Assembly (NCBI RefSeq): GCF_963921235.1
Contig: NC_086108.1
Coordinates: forward strand, 101,124,001-101,188,000
Origin: Mobula hypostoma
Lineage: Eukaryota
Direction: 5' to 3'
DNA length: 64,000 bases
The notes beneath the pieces were generated by a model that worked only from the letters and a program-made list of their open reading frames with translations, did not search any database and was not told the DNA's origin. The position numbers were made by a program, and so were the translations under genes. Each line of letters starts with the position of its first letter. The first letter of the stretch is position 1. Positions 59,741 to 64,000 of the stretch are shown piece after piece.

Positions 59741-61455
59741 AATATAAAACATAGAACATAGAAAACCTACAGCATAATACAGGCCCTTTGGCCCACAAAG
59801 CTGTGCCAAACATGTCCTTACCTTAGAAATTACCCATAGCCTTCTATTTGTCTGAGCTCCATGTACCTGTCCAGGAGCCTCTTAAAAGACTCTACCATAT
59901 CCACCTTCACCACTGTTGCTGGTAGCGCATTCCACGCACTCACCACTCCCTGCGTATAAAAAAAAACTTATCCCTGACATCTCCTCTGTACCTATTTCCA
60001 AGCACCTTAAAACTGTGCCTTCTCAAGCGAGCCATTTCAGTCCTGAGAAAAAGCCTCTGACTATCCACATGGACAATGCTTCTCATCATCTTATACACCT
60101 CTATCAGGTCACTTCTCATCCTCCGACACTCCAAGGAAAAAAGGCCGAGTTCACTCAACCTATTCTCATAATGCATGCTCCCCAATCCAGGCAACATCCT
60201 TGTAAATCTCCTCTGCACCCTTTCTATGGTTTCCACATCCTTCCTATAGTGAGGCGACCAGAACTGAGCACAGTACTCCCAGTGGGGTCTGACCAAAGTC
60301 CTATATAGCTACTACAGTAACTCTTGGCTCCTAAACTCAATCCCACGATTGATGAAGGCCAATGAACTGTATGCTTTCTTAACCACAGAGTCAACCTGTG
60401 CAGCAGCTTTGAGTGTCCTATGGTCTTGGACCCCAAGATCCCTCTGATCCTCTACACTGCCAAGAGTCTTACCATTAATACTATATTCTGTCATCATGAT
60501 TGACCTACCAAAATGAACCACCTCACATTTATCTGGGTTGAACTCCATCTGCCATTTCTCAGCCCAGTTTTGCATCCTATCAATGTCCCGCTGTAACCTC
60601 TGACAGACCTCCACACATCCACAACACCTCCAACGTTTGTGTCATTGGCAAATTTATGAATCCATCCTTCCACTTCCTCATTCAGGTCATTTAATAAAAA
60701 TCATGAAGAGTAGAGATCCCAGAACAAATCCCTGAGGCACACCACCGGTGAATGACCTCCATGCAGAATATGACCTGTCTACAACCACTCTTTGCCTTCT
60801 TTGGGCAAGCCAGTTCTGGATCAACAAAGCAATGTCCTCTTGGATCCCATGCCTCCTTACCTTCTCAATAAGCCTTGCATGGGGTACCTTGTCAAATATC
60901 TTGCTGAAACCCATATACACTACATCTACTGCTCTTCCTTCATCAATGTGCTTAGTCACATCCTCAAAAAATTCAATCAGGCTTGTAAGACACAACCTGC
61001 CTTTCACAACACCATGCTGACTATTATGCCTCTCCAAATGTTCATAAATCCTGTCTCTCAGGATCTTCTCCATCAACTTACCAACCACTGAAGTAAGACT
61101 CACTGGCCTATAATTTCCTGGGCTATCCCTACTCCCTTTCTTGAATAAGGGAACAACATCCGCAACCCTCCAGTCTTCCGGAACCTCTCCCGTCCTCATT
61201 GATGATGCAAAGATAATTGCCAGAGTCTCAGCAATCTCCTCCCTTACCTGGGATACATCTTGTCCGGTCCCGGCAACTTATCCAACTTGATGTTTTCCAA
61301 AAGCTCCAGCACATCCTCTTTCTTAATACCTACACGCTCAAGCTTTTCAGTCCACTGTAAGTTATCCGTACAATCGCCAAGATCCTTTTCCATAGTGAAT
61401 ACTGAAGCAAAGTACTCATTAATTACCTCTGCTATCTCCTCCGGTTCCATTATAA
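59741..61455 (-). mobile_element. CR1 LINE, 5'-truncated (same family as 18446-20012)
   Basis: RT motifs NYRPVSLTSVV, WQMEFNPDKC; CATAGAACATAG tail. Confidence 0.9.
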
Positions 61456-62539
61456 TGGCCTTTTAAATGTAATTTATTTGATTTCTTTTCACTAACTACT
61501 TTCCACAATGCATCCCCAGGGTCCCTGACCTTTCTTTCGCAATCTTTCCTACCTACTTGTCTCAATCGGGCTATTTTCTTAATATATGAAAATGAAAGTA
61601 ATCTCTCCAACCTTCTGAACCCTCTGGGCACTTCTGGACCTTTCCTTTTCCTATTTTAATATCCTAACCATGTAGGTGGTTCAGCTCGAAACTAGGGTCC
61701 CAGACCTCTATTCTTTTTTTCCATAAGCCCACCCAGAATCGCCAAAATTGTTCACATTCATCAATGGAACTACAAGTAGGTTAGGAAACTCACTGTGAAA
61801 CTTGTAATTACTTAAAGCTCGCACTTTATTATCTTAGCTATGTCGACCCTGGCCAACAACTTAAAACATGAATTCTACTGTTCCCTTTCTACCAATACTT
61901 GCTCAGACCACTTTTCCAATTTATAATTCCGAAACAGGAGATCTCCATTGGCCAGATGATTGATCCTTTCTCCTCCCAGATCCTGACATGTGAGATCTTC
62001 CTTGCAATGGTGGATCTCTGGAGAGAGTTGTTGCCATCTTCTATCTATAAACCTCTGCTTTTATATCCATCCCTTACTAGTTCAAATGTTGTCCTTCAGT
62101 ATTACTGGCTATGGGTCATTTGACTGACCTTCAACACCTTCTTATTAGCTCTGGTCCAGAAGAGACAACTGTTAATTTATGGTTCTTTGTTTAAACTCAG
62201 TTATTAAACCATCAACCAACTCGTATCTCTCAGGTCAGAGACAGACCTCAACGTTCACAAACCCACATGTTATATCAAACCAAAGAAAACTTCACAAATA
62301 GCTCCTTATTTGGAAATTACCTCTAGTCCAGCAGATTACCTGGAGCACTTTAATACACTGATTAAGCCAAACAACTTAATTCAAAAACTGAAGGATCTAG
62401 AGCAGTTCCCAAAATGGCAGCCTCCATTCATTTGGCTTCATGGCAAGAACAAAGACAATCGGTTTGATTGCTTTCACTGTCCTCGACCCAATGGACTTCG
62501 ACATTTTCTTTCATATTTTAATTCCACCATGGCCAACAG

Positions 62540-63130
62540 TTGTAGATGGTTGCCTGTGACTAGTGGTGTGCCACAGGTATCAGTGCTGGTTCTGTAGTTG
62601 TTTGGCATCTATATCAATGATCTGGATAATAATAAGTCCAGAAGACATAGGAGCAGAATTAGTCCATTTGGCCCATCAAATCTGCTCTACCATTCAATCA
62701 GGGCTGATCCTTCCCACCCCCCCCCAGCCGCATTTCCCAGCCTTCTCCCCGTAATCTTTGATTCCGTGTCCAATCAAGAACCTGTCAATCTGCTGCTTTA
62801 AACACACTCAACCACCTGACCTCCATAGCTGCCTGTGGTAACAAATTCCACAAATTCACCACCTTCTGGCTGAAGAAATTTCTCTGCATCTCCGTTTTAA
62901 ATGGATGCCCCTCTATTCTGAAGTTGTGCTATCTTGTCCTATTCTCCCCCCACCATGGGAAACATCCTTTCCACATACACTCTGACTAAGCCTTTCAACA
63001 TTCAAAAGCTTTCAATGAGATCCCACTTTATCCTTCTAAATTCCTGTGGGTACAGACCCAGAGCTATCAAATGTTCCTAATGTGATTACCCTTTCATTCC
63101 CGGAATCATCCTAGTGAACTTCCTGAAACC
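62540..63130. mobile_element. CR1 fragments in both orientations
   Basis: WLPVTSGVPQ (plus) followed by a minus-strand CR1 3' end. Confidence 0.7.
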
Positions 63131-63139
63131 CCTTTTTAC

Positions 63140-63950
63140 CGGGCATCTCTAGAGATCAGGCTTGTTTATCCTTCACTAACAGCCACAGGACTCAGCGGTG
63201 GGAAAGCCCCCTTTCACAGATTCTGTACATCTGGAGTCGATATGACTTGGTTCCCACCAAAACCGGCAAGTTGGGATGTCTCGCCCACCCGAACCATGAT
63301 TTGTGTTTGCAATTGCCTGTTGGCAAGAAATAACAGATCGTACATTGCATATAATTATAAAGAACATATTGTATATTTATAAATGGTAACTTAATAAAAC
63401 TGTTTTTAAAGAAGAAAGAAAAAAGGGAAAAAAACAAAAGGGCCCATCATAACTTAAACAGTCAAATGTACAAACCTTTCAAGAGCTGATGTGTCCGATG
63501 TACTCACAGCTCCAACTCCTATTCACCAATCACTGGTAGGATTTCTCCTCTGAGACTCCATTGAGTTGCACGTTCCCGTTGTATCAAATCCTATAGCCAG
63601 ATCTCTTGACCTTCTTCTTTCTCCATATCTAATCGAAAGGACCTCAGTGTCCATCACAAAACATCTCTGCCCAACATTCCCTAGAACCTTTCCCAATTTC
63701 ACCATCGTGATTGGATGACACAGCATTCCTAAGCATAAGCATCACAACCCCTTATCTTTAACGCTTAACTCAAGCACTACCAGTAGAGCACACTGCTTCT
63801 ACAGAAATCCATTAAATGAAAAATCCTACAGCATCAGCAGTAAAATCTTAACTAGGGCATTACACCCTCCCCCCACCAAAAATTGTCATGTCATCGTGAA
63901 TTTGAAATTTACCAACCCATCATTAATAACAGTTTTTAAAAGAATTTTGT
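63140..63950 (-). mobile_element. Possible LTR related to 7092-7752
   Basis: Reverse complement of 63400-63500 resembles 7460-7530; boundaries not defined. Confidence 0.35.
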
Positions 63951-64000
63951 GATGTCATGCTCTCCAATCCATTTCTAAATGGTGGTGACATATCTCACTA

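Noticed and set aside
8573..59765. Recurring TAGAACATAGAACA repeats as an array-type system (e.g. CRISPR-like)
   Set aside because: They are dispersed CR1 3' microsatellite tails with no regular repeat-spacer structure.
5000..64000. Exons of a neighbouring host gene (e.g. ODF2L or another CLCA) and the many short ORFs in the track
   Set aside because: No spliceable host exons were recognised; the ORFs are TE-derived or antisense/alternate frames of TEs. Small exons could have been missed by eye.

Overview
Eukaryotic (vertebrate) genomic DNA. The repeat families suggest a cartilaginous fish, but that is an inference. The only host gene I can support is a CLCA-family gene (calcium-activated chloride channel regulator, a self-cleaving zinc metalloprotease) on the minus strand. 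Its first four coding exons lie at 4840-4682, 4180-4037, 666-516 and 39-1 (running off the window) and include the HEWAH motif. The remaining ~59 kb upstream is mostly layered transposon sequence: many CR1 LINEs, Penelope-like (RT + GIY-YIG) elements, solo LTRs, MITEs, SINEs, and L1, RTE and Rex1/Babar fragments. It also holds one Gypsy element (LTRs 38444-38654 and 58592-58787, ACCAC target-site duplication (TSD)) stretched to ~20 kb by nested insertions. The most notable signals are RNA structures. A 564-bp non-autonomous retroelement begins exactly at a predicted HDV-like ribozyme (39036-39229), and the Penelope terminal repeats carry minimal hammerhead ribozymes predicted to need dimerisation. 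No CRISPR array, rRNA or intact tRNA gene was seen. Boundaries of old TE fragments are approximate, and all structures were folded by eye.
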